Positions 45,679-54,974 of a DNA stretch of 64,000 bases are shown in pieces. The translations under genes and the position numbers were made by a program. Position 1 is the first letter of the stretch. Each line of letters begins with the position of its first letter. The DNA comes from Christensenellaceae bacterium (lineage in GTDB: Bacteria; Bacillota; Clostridia; Christensenellales; Borkfalkiaceae): positions 1,522 through 65,521 of the forward strand of contig JAZRMR010000005.1 of NCBI GenBank assembly GCA_045647765.1. Direction: 5' to 3'. The notes under the pieces are model-generated. The model did no database searches. It saw nothing but the letters and a program-made list of their open reading frames with translations, and was not told the origin of the DNA.

Positions 45679-46866
45679 ATGCAAAAAAAACACATTTATT
45701 TTGACCACGCAGCAACAACTCCGCTTTGCAATGAGGCGCTTGAAAAAATGCTTCCCTTTTATACCCAAACGTATGGCAATCCAAACAGCCAACATTATTT
45801 TGGTAGAGAAGCGGTTAAAGCGGTTGACGAGGCGAGAGATACCATAGCAAATATAATAAACGCAAAGCCGAGCGAAGTATATTTTACTTCGGGTGGAACC
45901 GAAGGGGATAACTGGGCGCTTAGAGGAATTGCGCACGCAAGAAAGGACAAGGGTAACCATATTATAATAAGTCCTATTGAGCATGCAGCAATGTTGTCAA
46001 CAGCAAAAGCACTTGAAAAAGAAGGATTTAAAATTAGTTATATGAAAGTGGACGAGGAGGGTTTTGTTGACCTCGAACACTTAAAAAGTATTGCAACCGA
46101 AGGAACGATTTTTATCGGTTGTATGATGGCTAATAACGAAATAGGAACGATTGAGCCGATAAAGGAAATCGTGAAGATAGCAAAAGAATGCGGAGCAGTA
46201 AGTTTTACAGATGCGGTGCAAGCGGCAGGCGTTTTAAAAACAGACGTTAAAGAACTCGGTGTGGATATGATGAGCATGAGTTCGCACAAGATATACGGGC
46301 CTAAGGGTGTTGGCGCTCTTTATATAAGAAACGGACTTAAAGTTGAAAGCATAATAACTGGCGGTCATCAAGAGCGTATGAAGAGAGGCGGAACAACAAA
46401 CGTTCCAGCAATAGTCGGTTTTGCAGAGGCGTTTAAGATTGCAAACAGAGACAGAGAAAAGAATTTTGAATACGTTTCAATGCTTAGAGACAGATTTATA
46501 GATAGAGTTTTGAGCGAAGTTCCTTTCGTTAAACTAAACGGACCGAGAGAAAATAGGCTACCTGCAAACGCAGATTTTTCGTTTGAATTTATCGAGGGAG
46601 AATCAATACTTTTCAGTTTGGATTTAGCAGGTATAGCCGTTTCATCAGGTTCGGCTTGTTCATCAGGCTCGCTCGACCCGTCCCACGTCTTGCTTGCAAT
46701 AGGCGTTAAAGAAGAATTGGCACACGGCTCGATAAGATTTTCTTTCGGGAAACACAACACGATTGAAGAAGTTGATTACGCTGTGGAAACGATAAAAGAT
46801 GCAGTTAAAAGGCTCCGTGAAATGTCACCGCTTTTTAAGGCAGAAGGAGAGATAAAGTATGTATAG
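45679..46866 (+). CDS. nifS: Cysteine desulfurase (NifS/IscS type)
   Basis: PLP-lysine SSHKIYGPKG and active-site loop SSGSACSSG. Confidence 0.92.
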   Translation: MQKKHIYFDHAATTPLCNEALEKMLPFYTQTYGNPNSQHYFGREAVKAVDEARDTIANIINAKPSEVYFTSGGTEGDNWALRGIAHARKDKGNHIIISPIEHAAMLSTAKALEKEGFKISYMKVDEEGFVDLEHLKSIATEGTIFIGCMMANNEIGTIEPIKEIVKIAKECGAVSFTDAVQAAGVLKTDVKELGVDMMSMSSHKIYGPKGVGALYIRNGLKVESIITGGHQERMKRGGTTNVPAIVGFAEAFKIANRDREKNFEYVSMLRDRFIDRVLSEVPFVKLNGPRENRLPANADFSFEFIEGESILFSLDLAGIAVSSGSACSSGSLDPSHVLLAIGVKEELAHGSIRFSFGKHNTIEEVDYAVETIKDAVKRLREMSPLFKAEGEIKYV

Positions 46867-47230
46867 TGAAAAAGTAATGGACGCATTTAAGAACCCTAAA
46901 AACGTTGGAGAAATAGAAAATCCAGACGGAATAGGAACGGTGGGAAACGCTTCTTGCGGAGATATAATGCAGATAACGCTTCGCATTGAAAACGAAGTTA
47001 TAACTGACGCAAAGTTTAAAACTTTTGGTTGCGCAGCGGCGATTGCCACCAGTTCAACAGCAACTGAAATGATAAAGGGAATGACGGTTGAAGAAGCGTT
47101 AAAAATAACAAACAAAAAGGTAATCGAATGTTTGGGAGGACTACCTTCTCAAAAAATTCACTGCTCGGTTTTAGCCGAAGAGGCAATAAAGAAAGCGATT
47201 GAAAATTACAGAGAAAAACAAAACGCATAA
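46859..47230 (+). CDS. nifU: Fe-S cluster assembly scaffold (NifU/IscU N-terminal type)
   Basis: Conserved Cys motifs GNASCGD, FKTFGCAAAIA and IHCSVLA. Overlaps nifS by 8 nt. Confidence 0.92.
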   Translation: MYSEKVMDAFKNPKNVGEIENPDGIGTVGNASCGDIMQITLRIENEVITDAKFKTFGCAAAIATSSTATEMIKGMTVEEALKITNKKVIECLGGLPSQKIHCSVLAEEAIKKAIENYREKQNA

Positions 47231-47233
47231 AAG

Positions 47234-47258
47234 AAAAACACGGCAAGCCGTGTTTTTT
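47234..47258 (+). terminator. Rho-independent terminator after nifU
   Basis: ACACGGC-aa-GCCGTGT-TTTTT. Confidence 0.75.
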
Positions 47259-47311
47259 GCATAAAACGATAAAATTCGCACATAATATTTTCAAGGATTA
47301 AAGGGGGAATT

Positions 47312-47473
47312 ATGGACGACAAATTTTTGTGCGGAGTTATTCTCGGAATGCTTGGTGGCGCACTTATCGCAACTAATTCTGTAAAAGCCAGACAAATGGT
47401 TAGAGAAGGTCAAGCACAGGTTAAAGATAAAGTGAACGAATTAAAGCGTTCGGGAAAGAATTCACAGGAATAA
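47312..47473 (+). CDS. Small membrane-anchored protein (53 aa, YtxH-like); below the ORF-track cutoff
   Basis: AAGGGGG RBS and ATG at 47312. The peptide is MDDKFLCGVILGMLGGALIATNSVKARQMVREGQAQVKDKVNELKRSGKNSQE. A terminator follows. Confidence 0.6.
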   Translation: MDDKFLCGVILGMLGGALIATNSVKARQMVREGQAQVKDKVNELKRSGKNSQE

Positions 47474-47478
47474 TCCGG

Positions 47479-47507
47479 AAAGCGGGGGAATTATCCTCCG
47501 CTTTTTT
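47479..47507 (+). terminator. Rho-independent terminator
   Basis: AAAGCGGGGG-aattat-CCTCCGCTTT-TTT. Confidence 0.6.
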
Positions 47508-47553
47508 AATAAAATCGTTGCTTTTTTTTTGTAAAATATGGTAATATATAAAA

Positions 47554-47976
47554 GTGGAAAGATTTTTGTGCCTTGATATAGGCGATAAAAGAATAGGCGT
47601 TGCGGTCTCAGACCCTTTTAATTCTTATGCTCTTCCCGTTGAAACGTATAATCGGAAAAACTTGAAAACCGACCTTGAAAAAGTTAAGGAATACGTTTTA
47701 AATAAGGGTGCGACAGCGTTGGTGTTAGGGCTTCCCGTTAATTTTGACGGTTCGCCCTCAATTCAAACCAAAAAGGCGGAGTTTTTTATTGAAAAACTTA
47801 AAGAAGTTTTATCCGTTGAATTTTACGTTGTTGATGAAAGATGCTCAACTTGTGAGGCGGAGGAAACCCTTATCGGTCAAGGGAAAAGCAGAGAAGAACG
47901 CAAAAAGTTTGTGGACAGCCTTGCTGCCGCTACTATTCTGCAAGGATTTTTAAACGATAAAAATAAAAAAAGATAA
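47554..47976 (+). CDS. ruvX: Putative pre-16S rRNA nuclease / Holliday-junction-resolvase-like YqgF
   Basis: GTG start. LCLDIGDKRIGVAVSD is the canonical RuvX N-terminus. Confidence 0.88.
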   Translation: MERFLCLDIGDKRIGVAVSDPFNSYALPVETYNRKNLKTDLEKVKEYVLNKGATALVLGLPVNFDGSPSIQTKKAEFFIEKLKEVLSVEFYVVDERCSTCEAEETLIGQGKSREERKKFVDSLAAATILQGFLNDKNKKR

Positions 47977-47993
47977 TTATAAAGGAGACTATT

Positions 47994-48392
47994 ATGAGCG
48001 ACAAAGAAAAGAAATGCACTTGCGGGTGTGATGAACACGAATGCAAATGTGATGAACACAAAGAAAAAGAATGTGAATGCGATTGCGGTTTAGAAGACGA
48101 TATCGTTGAACTTACAACCGACGACGGAAAAAAACTTAAATTTTATTTCGTTGGCACGATTGAATACAAAGGAAAAAATTATTCGGCTTTCGAGCCTGCT
48201 GAACAAATCGACGGAATTGAGGACGACGACTTGGTTATTTTTGAACTTGCAGGAGATGATGAAGAGACGGCTGACCTTCTTCCCGTTGAGGATGAAAAAC
48301 TTTTAGACGAAGTTTTCGAAGAATTCTGTCGTGTTTTGGAAGAAGACGAACTCGCTGAAGAGGCTATGAGTTTAGAGCCAGAGGATAAATAA
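47994..48392 (+). CDS. DUF1292-family protein with a Cys/His/Glu-rich N-terminal extension
   Basis: The core ...IVELTTDDGKKLKFYFVGTIEYKGKNYSAFEP...DDLVIFEL and an acidic tail are DUF1292-like. The position after ruvX is typical. The N-terminus is CTCGCDEHECKCDEHKEKECECDCG. Confidence 0.75.
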   Translation: MSDKEKKCTCGCDEHECKCDEHKEKECECDCGLEDDIVELTTDDGKKLKFYFVGTIEYKGKNYSAFEPAEQIDGIEDDDLVIFELAGDDEETADLLPVEDEKLLDEVFEEFCRVLEEDELAEEAMSLEPEDK

Positions 48393-48410
48393 ATTTATTC
48401 AATATATAAA

Positions 48411-48442
48411 AGAGAGGTTTTTCGCTAAAAGCCTCTTTTTTT
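48411..48442 (+). terminator. Rho-independent terminator
   Basis: AGAGGTTTTT-cgct-AAAAGCCTCT-TTTTTT. Confidence 0.65.
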
Positions 48443-48625
48443 GTTAAATTTTTCTATAAATGACTATAAAAAGACTTGCTTATTGAGTTGCTTTGTGCTA
48501 AAATATACAAGCAAAAATTCGCACCCGTAATCCAAAAGGTGTTCGTGTTCCCGAAAATAAACTTTTTCTGTCGGGAATGTTACCTTAAAAAAACGGAACG
48601 GGGAGGCAGAACGGAGGTAAATAAA

Positions 48626-49375
48626 ATGGCAGTTATCACAATGAAACAGCTCCTTGAAACGGGAGTACACTTCGGACACCAAACAAGAAGATGGAATCCG
48701 AAAATGAAAAAGTACATTTACGGCGAAAGAAACGGTATTCATATCGTTAACCTTGAACAAACGGTTGACCTTATTGAAAACGACGTATATCCTTTCGTTG
48801 TTGAAACGGTAAAGAAAGGCAAGAGCGTTCTTTTCGTTGGTACTAAAAAGCAAGCGCAAGACGCTATTAAAGAAGAAGCAGAAAGATGCGGTCAATACTA
48901 CATCAACAGCAGATGGCTCGGTGGCACGCTCACTAACTTCAAAACCATTAGATCCAGAATTGACAGACTTAACAAACTCAACAACATGGAAAAAATGGGT
49001 GAGTTCGACCTTCTTCCCAAGAAAGAAGTAAGCCAACTCAAAATCGAAAGAGACAAACTCGAAACTAACCTCGGCGGTATTAAGGATATGAGAACTCTTC
49101 CTGGTCTTATGTTTATCGTAGACCCATCACAGGAAGATATAGCAGTTATGGAAGCAAGAAAACTTCACATTCCTATCGTTGCAATCACCGATACCAACTG
49201 CGACCCCGACCTTATCGACCACGTTATTCCCGGTAATGACGACGCTATTCGTGCAGTAAAACTTATTGCATCAGTAATTGCAGACGCAGTTATCGAAGCA
49301 AACCAAGGCGAACAGCTCAAAGCAGAAGAAGTAGTTGCAGAAGAAGTTCCCCAAGCAACCGCTGATGCTGAATAA
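48626..49375 (+). CDS. rpsB: 30S ribosomal protein S2
   Basis: [27 protein letters not shown]... GGAGG RBS before ATG at 48626. The track ORF is over-extended upstream. Confidence 0.95.
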   Translation: MAVITMKQLLETGVHFGHQTRRWNPKMKKYIYGERNGIHIVNLEQTVDLIENDVYPFVVETVKKGKSVLFVGTKKQAQDAIKEEAERCGQYYINSRWLGGTLTNFKTIRSRIDRLNKLNNMEKMGEFDLLPKKEVSQLKIERDKLETNLGGIKDMRTLPGLMFIVDPSQEDIAVMEARKLHIPIVAITDTNCDPDLIDHVIPGNDDAIRAVKLIASVIADAVIEANQGEQLKAEEVVAEEVPQATADAE

Positions 49376-49399
49376 TTATAGATAGAGGAGGAAAAGAAT

Positions 49400-50281
49400 A
49401 TGTTTACAAGTAAAGACGTAATGGAACTCCGCAAAAAGACTGGCGCAGGCGTTGCAGATTGCCAAAAAGCACTTAAAGAAACTGACGGCAATATGGACAA
49501 AGCAGTTGACTTTTTGAGAGAAAAAGGTATCGCAACCGCAGCAAAGAAGGCTTCTAGAATAGCAGCAGAAGGCGTTGTTGCCGCTAAAATTAACGGTAAC
49601 GTTGGCGCTCTTGTTGAAGTAAACTGTGAAACCGACTTCGTGGCAAAAGGCGACCAATATAAAGAATTCGTTGACGGAGTTGCAGATTATATTCTCGCAA
49701 ACGACGTTAAGGATATAGATGCGCTCGTTAGTGCAAAGAACGACGAAACGGTTGCAGCAACTGCTAAAATCGGTGAAAAAATTGCTATCCGTCGTTTTGC
49801 TAAATACATCACTGAAAACGGTGTTGTTGAAAGTTATATCCACATGGGTGGCAAGGTAGGTGTTTTAGTTGAAGTTGAAGGTTGCACTTGCGACGGAGCA
49901 AGAGAACTCGCTCACGACGTTGCATTGCAAATTGCAGCAGCAAAACCCTTATACTTATGCGCATCAGAAGTTCCCGCAGAAGTAATTGAACACGAGAAAG
50001 AAATTCTTAAAGCGCAAGCTTTGAACGAAGGCAAACCCGCCGCTATCGTTGACAGAATGGTTGAAGGTAGAGTTAAAAAGTATTACGACGAATTTTGTCT
50101 TTTGAATCAAGTGTTCGTAAAAGACCCCTCTTTAACTATCGAAAAGGTTGTAAAGAGTTATGGCGATAAGATGGGCAAAGTTCTTTCAATAAAGAGATTT
50201 ACCCGTTTTGAAATGGGCGAAGGCTTAGAAAAGAGAAGCGATGACTTTGCAGCAGAAGTTGAAGCGCAAATGAAGAAATAA
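49400..50281 (+). CDS. tsf: Elongation factor Ts
   Basis: N-terminal UBA-like domain ([37 protein letters not shown]). Follows rpsB. Confidence 0.95.
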   Translation: MFTSKDVMELRKKTGAGVADCQKALKETDGNMDKAVDFLREKGIATAAKKASRIAAEGVVAAKINGNVGALVEVNCETDFVAKGDQYKEFVDGVADYILANDVKDIDALVSAKNDETVAATAKIGEKIAIRRFAKYITENGVVESYIHMGGKVGVLVEVEGCTCDGARELAHDVALQIAAAKPLYLCASEVPAEVIEHEKEILKAQALNEGKPAAIVDRMVEGRVKKYYDEFCLLNQVFVKDPSLTIEKVVKSYGDKMGKVLSIKRFTRFEMGEGLEKRSDDFAAEVEAQMKK

Positions 50282-50295
50282 TTTTTCGCAGAATT

Positions 50296-50330
50296 AACGG
50301 CGTTACGGAAGTAGCGCCGTTTTCATTTTT
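50296..50330 (+). terminator. Rho-independent terminator after tsf
   Basis: AACGGCGTTAC-ggaa-GTAGCGCCGTT-TTCATTTTT. Confidence 0.7.
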
Positions 50331-50395
50331 AAATTATTGCTATCTTATGGTGGTTTTTGTCATAATTTAAATCAAGTCAAACATATATTGGTAAT

Positions 50396-50884
50396 ATGGA
50401 ATTGACATATAACGAACTTAAAAAACGAGAGGTTATAAACGTTAACGACGGCAGGAGTTTGGGAAAAATTATCGATATTCGTTTTGATTTTCCAGAAGGG
50501 GTTATTATTGGGATATACGTTCCCGGCCGTCGTCTTTCTGGTATTTTTAGAATTTTTGATAAAAGTACCGTCTATATTGACCAAAGCAAAATAATTAAAA
50601 TCGGTGGCGACGTTATTTTGGTCGACTTAAAATGTGGAGAAGTGTGTTCGCCAAGTGTAAAAAGAAAAACACCTCCACCGCAAAATCAATGTCCACCTCC
50701 TCGGCCGCCTAAGTGTCCACCACAATGTCCGCCACAATGTCCGCCACAATGTCCGCCACAATGTCCACCGCCTTGTCCTCCTCAATGTGGGAATAATTAT
50801 CCGCACGGAAAAGGACAAAATTCTTGCGGAAATGACACAAGTATCTTCGGTGCAAATATTATTTCTGATGAAGAAGATTATTAA
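50396..50884 (+). CDS. ymxH: YlmC/YmxH-family PRC-barrel (sporulation-associated) protein fused to a Cys-Pro repeat tail
   Basis: The first roughly 80 aa (...LKKREVINVNDGRSLGKIIDIRFD...KIIKIGGDVILVDL) match the YlmC/YmxH family. The C-terminal 80 aa contain CPPPRPPKCPPQCPPQCPPQCPPQCPPPCPPQC. Confidence 0.75.
   Translation: MELTYNELKKREVINVNDGRSLGKIIDIRFDFPEGVIIGIYVPGRRLSGIFRIFDKSTVYIDQSKIIKIGGDVILVDLKCGEVCSPSVKRKTPPPQNQCPPPRPPKCPPQCPPQCPPQCPPQCPPPCPPQCGNNYPHGKGQNSCGNDTSIFGANIISDEEDY
50690..50788 (+). repeat. In-frame 12-bp tandem repeat (TGTCCNCCNCAA) encoding (CPPQ)n
   Basis: Units start at 50714, 50726, 50738, 50750, 50762 and 50774. Three consecutive units (50726-50761) are identical: TGTCCGCCACAA. 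Confidence 0.9.
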
Positions 50885-51022
50885 GAAATGATTAAATAAG
50901 GAAAAAACTTACAAATATTTTTAAAAACCCCCTTGAAAAATGTTCGGTTATGGTTTATAATAATTGCAATCGTTAATGAGGGAAAATATATACCATTAAA
51001 AATTATAAGGGGGACTACATAT

Positions 51023-53080
51023 ATGGGTATATTAACAAAAAACATAAGGAACGTTGCTATTATAGGGCATAGCGGAGAGGGAAAAACTTCTTTGGCAGAA
51101 GCAATACTTTTTAATGGCAAAACAATAGACAGGCTGGGTAAAACGACGGATAAAAACACAGTTATGGATTTTGATGAACAAGAACTTGCAAGAGGCATTT
51201 CTATTTCACTTGCTTGCGCACACACTTTTTGGCAAGACGTTAAGATAAATCTCGTCGACGTGCCTGGCTTTTATGATTTTGAAGGCGAATTTGAGGAGGC
51301 TATGCGCGCAGTCGGCTCAGCGGTTTTGGTTGCCGACGCTTCTGGCAACGTCTCTGTGGGTGCTGAAAAGGCAATAGATTATTGCTTGCGCCGTCATATT
51401 CCGCTCATGATTTTCGTTAACGGCGTGGACAAAGAAAATTCAAACTACGTCGCAACGGTTGAAGCGTTCGTTAATAAATACGGAAAGAAAATTTCACCAA
51501 CACATCTTCCCATAATTAGAGACGGAAAGATGAAAGGATACGTTTCAGTTATATCGGGCAAAGCATTTGATTTTACTCCCGGTGGAAGAACGCCTATCGA
51601 CGTTCCTGAAAATCTTAAAGATGAATTACAGACTTTGAAAGAATCGCTTACAGAATCGGCTGCTGAAACCAGCGAAGTGCTTCTCGATAAATATCTTGAA
51701 GACGGTACGTTAACTAACGACGAAATTGTTGCAGGTGTTAAGAGTGGTCTTTGTTCGGGCGAAACCATTCCTATTATGGGTGGTTCTGCTTTACAAAACA
51801 TGGGCGTTATCAACTTAATGTATGAAATAGTTGATTTATTGCCGTCGCCTTATGAAAGACGACCCGTTCTCGCAACTGATGAAAGTGGTGAAGTTCTTTC
51901 TATCGTTAGCGATGCCGACAAGCCTTTCTCTGGACAAGTGTTTAAAACTGTTGCAGACCCGTTCGTTGGTAAACTCAATATGATTAGAGTTTTCACTGGT
52001 ACTCTTAAAACGGGTATGACGGTATATAACTCTACTACTGGCGAAAAAGAACGTATTAATACCATATACGTTATGAAAGGTAAAAAGCAAGAACCGGTTG
52101 AACAGCTAGTTGCGGGCGATATCGGTGCTGTAAATAAACTCGTTAACACAAATACGAGTAACACTTTGTGTGATGAGAAGTTTAAGATTAAGTATTACGA
52201 TATAGTTTTCCCTGTTCCCGTATTGACTATGAAAATTTCTGCGGCAAAGAGCGGTGAAGAGGATAAGGTTTTCCAAGGACTTAATCGTTTAGCAGAAGAA
52301 GATTTGACATTTAAAGTTGAAAAGGATAAAGAAACGGGCGAAACGGTAATTAGAGGACAAGGCGAAACCCACTTAGACGTACTTTGCAAAAAACTTAAAG
52401 CAAAGTTCGGTTGTGAAGCCGTATTATCAGAACCTAAGGTAGCATTTAAGGAAAAAATCACAGGCGTTGCAGAAGCAGAGGGTAAACACAAAAAGCAAAC
52501 GGGTGGCGCAGGTCAGTTCGGCGTGGTTAACATTAGGTTTGAATCGGGTGCAGCTGACGGGCAGTTTGAATTTGTAGACGCAGTAGTTGGTGGTGCAGTT
52601 CCCAAACAGTTCATTCCAGCAGTTGAAAAAGGGCTTAGAGAAGCCATCAACAAGGGTGTTCTCGCCGGGTATCCTATGGTAGATTTAAAATGCACGTTGT
52701 TTGACGGTAAATATCACCCCGTTGACAGCAAGGAAGTTGCATTCGTATCGGCAGCAAAACTCGCTTATGATGATGCAATACGTCGTGCAAAACCCGTTAT
52801 ATTAGAGCCTGTTTACTCTTATAAAATTACAGTTCCTGATAACTATACCGGAGATGTTTTGGGCGATATGAATAAACGCCGTGGCAGAATACTCGGCATG
52901 GAAACGGTTGGAGGATTACAAGAAATTTCAGCAGAAGCACCGCTTGTTGAAATGCTTAAATATGCAACCGACCTAAGAAGTATGACGCAAGGTAGAGGAA
53001 AGTTTAGCGCAGAATTCTTGCGTTATGAAGACGTTCCATTCTCAGCGCAAGAAAAAATTATAGCAGAAGCAAACAAATAA
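51023..53080 (+). CDS. Elongation factor G-like translational GTPase (EF-G paralogue)
   Basis: G1 GHSGEGKTSL, DVPG and NGVDK motifs, and EF-G domain IV/V-like C-terminal regions. AAGGGGGA RBS before ATG at 51023. The track ORF is over-extended upstream. Confidence 0.88.
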   Translation: MGILTKNIRNVAIIGHSGEGKTSLAEAILFNGKTIDRLGKTTDKNTVMDFDEQELARGISISLACAHTFWQDVKINLVDVPGFYDFEGEFEEAMRAVGSAVLVADASGNVSVGAEKAIDYCLRRHIPLMIFVNGVDKENSNYVATVEAFVNKYGKKISPTHLPIIRDGKMKGYVSVISGKAFDFTPGGRTPIDVPENLKDELQTLKESLTESAAETSEVLLDKYLEDGTLTNDEIVAGVKSGLCSGETIPIMGGSALQNMGVINLMYEIVDLLPSPYERRPVLATDESGEVLSIVSDADKPFSGQVFKTVADPFVGKLNMIRVFTGTLKTGMTVYNSTTGEKERINTIYVMKGKKQEPVEQLVAGDIGAVNKLVNTNTSNTLCDEKFKIKYYDIVFPVPVLTMKISAAKSGEEDKVFQGLNRLAEEDLTFKVEKDKETGETVIRGQGETHLDVLCKKLKAKFGCEAVLSEPKVAFKEKITGVAEAEGKHKKQTGGAGQFGVVNIRFESGAADGQFEFVDAVVGGAVPKQFIPAVEKGLREAINKGVLAGYPMVDLKCTLFDGKYHPVDSKEVAFVSAAKLAYDDAIRRAKPVILEPVYSYKITVPDNYTGDVLGDMNKRRGRILGMETVGGLQEISAEAPLVEMLKYATDLRSMTQGRGKFSAEFLRYEDVPFSAQEKIIAEANK

Positions 53081-53114
53081 AAACCGCTTAACAAAGCGAA
53101 AGTGAGATGATTTA

Positions 53115-54041
53115 ATGATACTTTCAATATGTCCTAATCCGAGTATAGACTGCACGATTGAATTAGACAGTTTGAACGTGGGAATGCTAAATAGAATTGA
53201 CAGCAAGGTGGAGACTTATTCGGGAAAGGCGTTGAACGTTGCAATGGGCGTTGCAAGGCTTAAAGAAAAGAGTTTTGCAACGGGATTTATGTTCGAGGAC
53301 CACGGCAGAATGTTCGAACACGTCCTTGAAAAAGAAGGCATAGGACACGATTTTATTTATAGTAAAGGTAGGGCAAGGGTTAACTATAAAATTATAGATA
53401 AACGCTCAATGCTTACCGAGATTAACGACAGAGGCGAAACTGTCGATAGAGAAAAACAAATAGAGTTAATAGAACACGTTAAAAAATTATCTTCCGAATG
53501 TGAGATTGCCGTAATGAGCGGAAGTTTACCCAAAGGAGTGGACTCATCTTTTTACGGAGAAGTGCTTTCGGTTATTCCTAAACACGTTAAAATTATAGTT
53601 GATACCGAAAAGGCTAACATGCTCTCGGCGATAGACGGAGCGGAACTTTTTATGGCAAAGCCAAACCTAAGAGAATTGGAAAGTTTTGCCGAATGTTCGG
53701 TTACCGGCTTTGACGATATAGTAAAGGCGTGTAAAAAATATATTGACTTAGGCGTTAAAAACGTTCTGGTGTCCTTGGGCGCAGAAGGTGCAGTTTTAAC
53801 AGACGGGAAAGAGAGCTATTTTTGTAAAAGTGCATCTGTTGCCGTTAACTCAACGGTGGGAGCAGGGGATTGTATGGTTTCAGCCGCTTGCGTTGGATTA
53901 ACAAAAGGCGTACCAATGCACGAGATATTAAAAATGGCTGTTGCCGCAGGCACTGCCGCCGTAACAACCAGTGGAACAAATCTCTTTTACTACGACAAGT
54001 ACAAAGAAATTTACTCAAAAATTTATTCTCAAAAAATTTAA
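53115..54041 (+). CDS. PfkB-family sugar kinase (1-phosphofructokinase/tagatose-6-phosphate kinase-like)
   Basis: N-terminal ILSICPNPSIDCT and C-terminal GAGDCMV motifs. Confidence 0.82.
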   Translation: MILSICPNPSIDCTIELDSLNVGMLNRIDSKVETYSGKALNVAMGVARLKEKSFATGFMFEDHGRMFEHVLEKEGIGHDFIYSKGRARVNYKIIDKRSMLTEINDRGETVDREKQIELIEHVKKLSSECEIAVMSGSLPKGVDSSFYGEVLSVIPKHVKIIVDTEKANMLSAIDGAELFMAKPNLRELESFAECSVTGFDDIVKACKKYIDLGVKNVLVSLGAEGAVLTDGKESYFCKSASVAVNSTVGAGDCMVSAACVGLTKGVPMHEILKMAVAAGTAAVTTSGTNLFYYDKYKEIYSKIYSQKI

Positions 54042-54081
54042 ATGAAAACCTTTGAAGATTTGAAGGCTTTTAAAACGCATA

Positions 54082-54110
54082 AACAGTCTGCGATTACGCA
54101 GACTGTTTTT
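54082..54110 (+). terminator. Rho-independent terminator
   Basis: AACAGTCTGCG-atta-CGCAGACTGTT-TTT. Confidence 0.75.
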
Positions 54111-54112
54111 AT

Positions 54113-54916
54113 ATGGAAAATAAAGGAATTAAAAAAGCCGTTGGCGTTTTGTCCGATAAAAGATTATCCACGGTTGCAGGGGCGTGGGTATATTATTTTT
54201 TAATGGCGGTTGTGCCACTCGCTTTTTTATTGGTTACTGCGTTCGGCGTTTTTGGAGTTGATTTAACAAACGACGTTGTTTCACGGCTTCCGGAAGAGTT
54301 TAGACAATCGGGAGAGATTATTGCGTTAACTGCAAAACGAGCAACCAAGGGAACAACGGTGTTTTTTCTTTTTACCGTCGTTCTGTCTTGCACGACGTTA
54401 TTAAAACAGATGTCCAAAGACGGTGATTATTTGTACGGAGTTAAATCGCAAAACAAACGAGGTTTTTTAAGGCGTATTTGGGCATTTTTTGCATTGTGTT
54501 CGCTTTTTGCCGTGTTTTTAGGCGCAGCGTTTTTATTTGCCTTTGGAAGCATGTTATTAAACCAAATTAATCTTTCGGGAAAGAGGGGCGTTATTTTGTT
54601 GCTATCTGCTTTTTTGTTATTGATAACATTTGCATACGTTGTGATTATTATGCTCAATAAGTTTATAAGTCCTGTGAAATTAAAATTTCGAGAGGTTTTT
54701 TTGGGAGCCTTAATTTCACTGTTTATAATCGTGTTAGGCACTATTGCCTTTACGCTATATTTAAGATATTTTGCTTCATATAACGCATTTTACGGAAGTC
54801 TTGCCGTCATAATAGTTTTTTTATTATGGGCATATATTTTAATGACGGCGCTTGCGCTCGGAGTAATAATAAACACGGGAATTTATAATAAAAACAACCG
54901 CAAATTTTCCATCTAA
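54113..54916 (+). CDS. YihY/BrkB-family membrane protein
   Basis: Six-TM protein with a YihY-like N-terminus (...RLSTVAGAWVYYFLMAVVPL...). Confidence 0.7.
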   Translation: MENKGIKKAVGVLSDKRLSTVAGAWVYYFLMAVVPLAFLLVTAFGVFGVDLTNDVVSRLPEEFRQSGEIIALTAKRATKGTTVFFLFTVVLSCTTLLKQMSKDGDYLYGVKSQNKRGFLRRIWAFFALCSLFAVFLGAAFLFAFGSMLLNQINLSGKRGVILLLSAFLLLITFAYVVIIMLNKFISPVKLKFREVFLGALISLFIIVLGTIAFTLYLRYFASYNAFYGSLAVIIVFLLWAYILMTALALGVIINTGIYNKNNRKFSI

Positions 54917-54974
54917 TTGACTAAATTTTTTATATATGATATAATACTTAAAAATTTAAGAGTAAGGATTTATT

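Noticed and set aside
50933-51022. N-terminal extensions in the track for the EF-G paralogue. The same issue affects rpsB (48476-48625), the Rrf2 regulator (45145-45261), cysK (44144-44182), pgpH (25393-25425) and the TIM-barrel gene (10307-10366).
   Set aside because: In each case a canonical family N-terminus with a good RBS (no RBS for cysK) begins at an internal ATG. The extension also covers promoter or terminator sequence or the upstream gene.
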